44,141 bases of DNA, taken from NCBI GenBank assembly GCA_002633005.1, contig NMRA01000251.1:379901-424041 (forward strand). Direction: 5' to 3'. Below are positions 44,070 through 44,141 of this stretch, in pieces (the first letter of the stretch is position 1; each line of letters begins with the position of its first letter). A model generated the notes under the pieces. The model was not told the origin of the DNA. It searched no databases and was given only the letters and a program-made list of their open reading frames with translations. Position numbers and translations under genes: made by a program. This DNA is from Phoronis australis. Its lineage: Eukaryota > Animalia > Phoronida.

Positions 44070-44141
44070 TGCCTCACCTAGGGCGGACGTGGGGGATTCG
44101 GTAGCACGAGGGGGTGGGGGTGGCGGAGGTGGTGGCGATGG

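Overview
Intron-rich eukaryotic DNA that looks like an invertebrate animal; the six-frame ORF track is largely misleading because the real genes are spliced. (1) A complete 7-exon DPH5 (diphthine methyl ester synthase) gene lies on + at 26970-35965 (279 aa). (2) A large gene I do not recognise lies on +, assembled by hand from 14 phase-compatible GT-AG exons (5933-20334, about 907 aa, 5' end unresolved). It looks like a secreted, furin-processed precursor with PGKEA repeats, two CARDB-like Ig-type units, a VWA-like DxSxS motif and a Cys/FG-rich tail. (3) There are many DNA transposons: a dead DD34D mariner (24867-26159), an internally deleted Kolobok with 144-bp TIRs carrying THAP-transposase and KolX-like remnants (37291-38982) inserted exactly in the anticodon loop of a tRNA-Lys(CTT)-like sequence, a second Kolobok-type element in DPH5 intron 6, piggyBac-, Tc1/pogo- and hAT-like MITEs, and a 27-bp palindromic micro-element with an 8-bp TSD upstream of DPH5. 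(4) Also present are tRNA-derived heads, tandem repeats and a weak BTB/BACK-like coding segment near 41.8-42.1 kb. All calls are by eye; no database searches were run.
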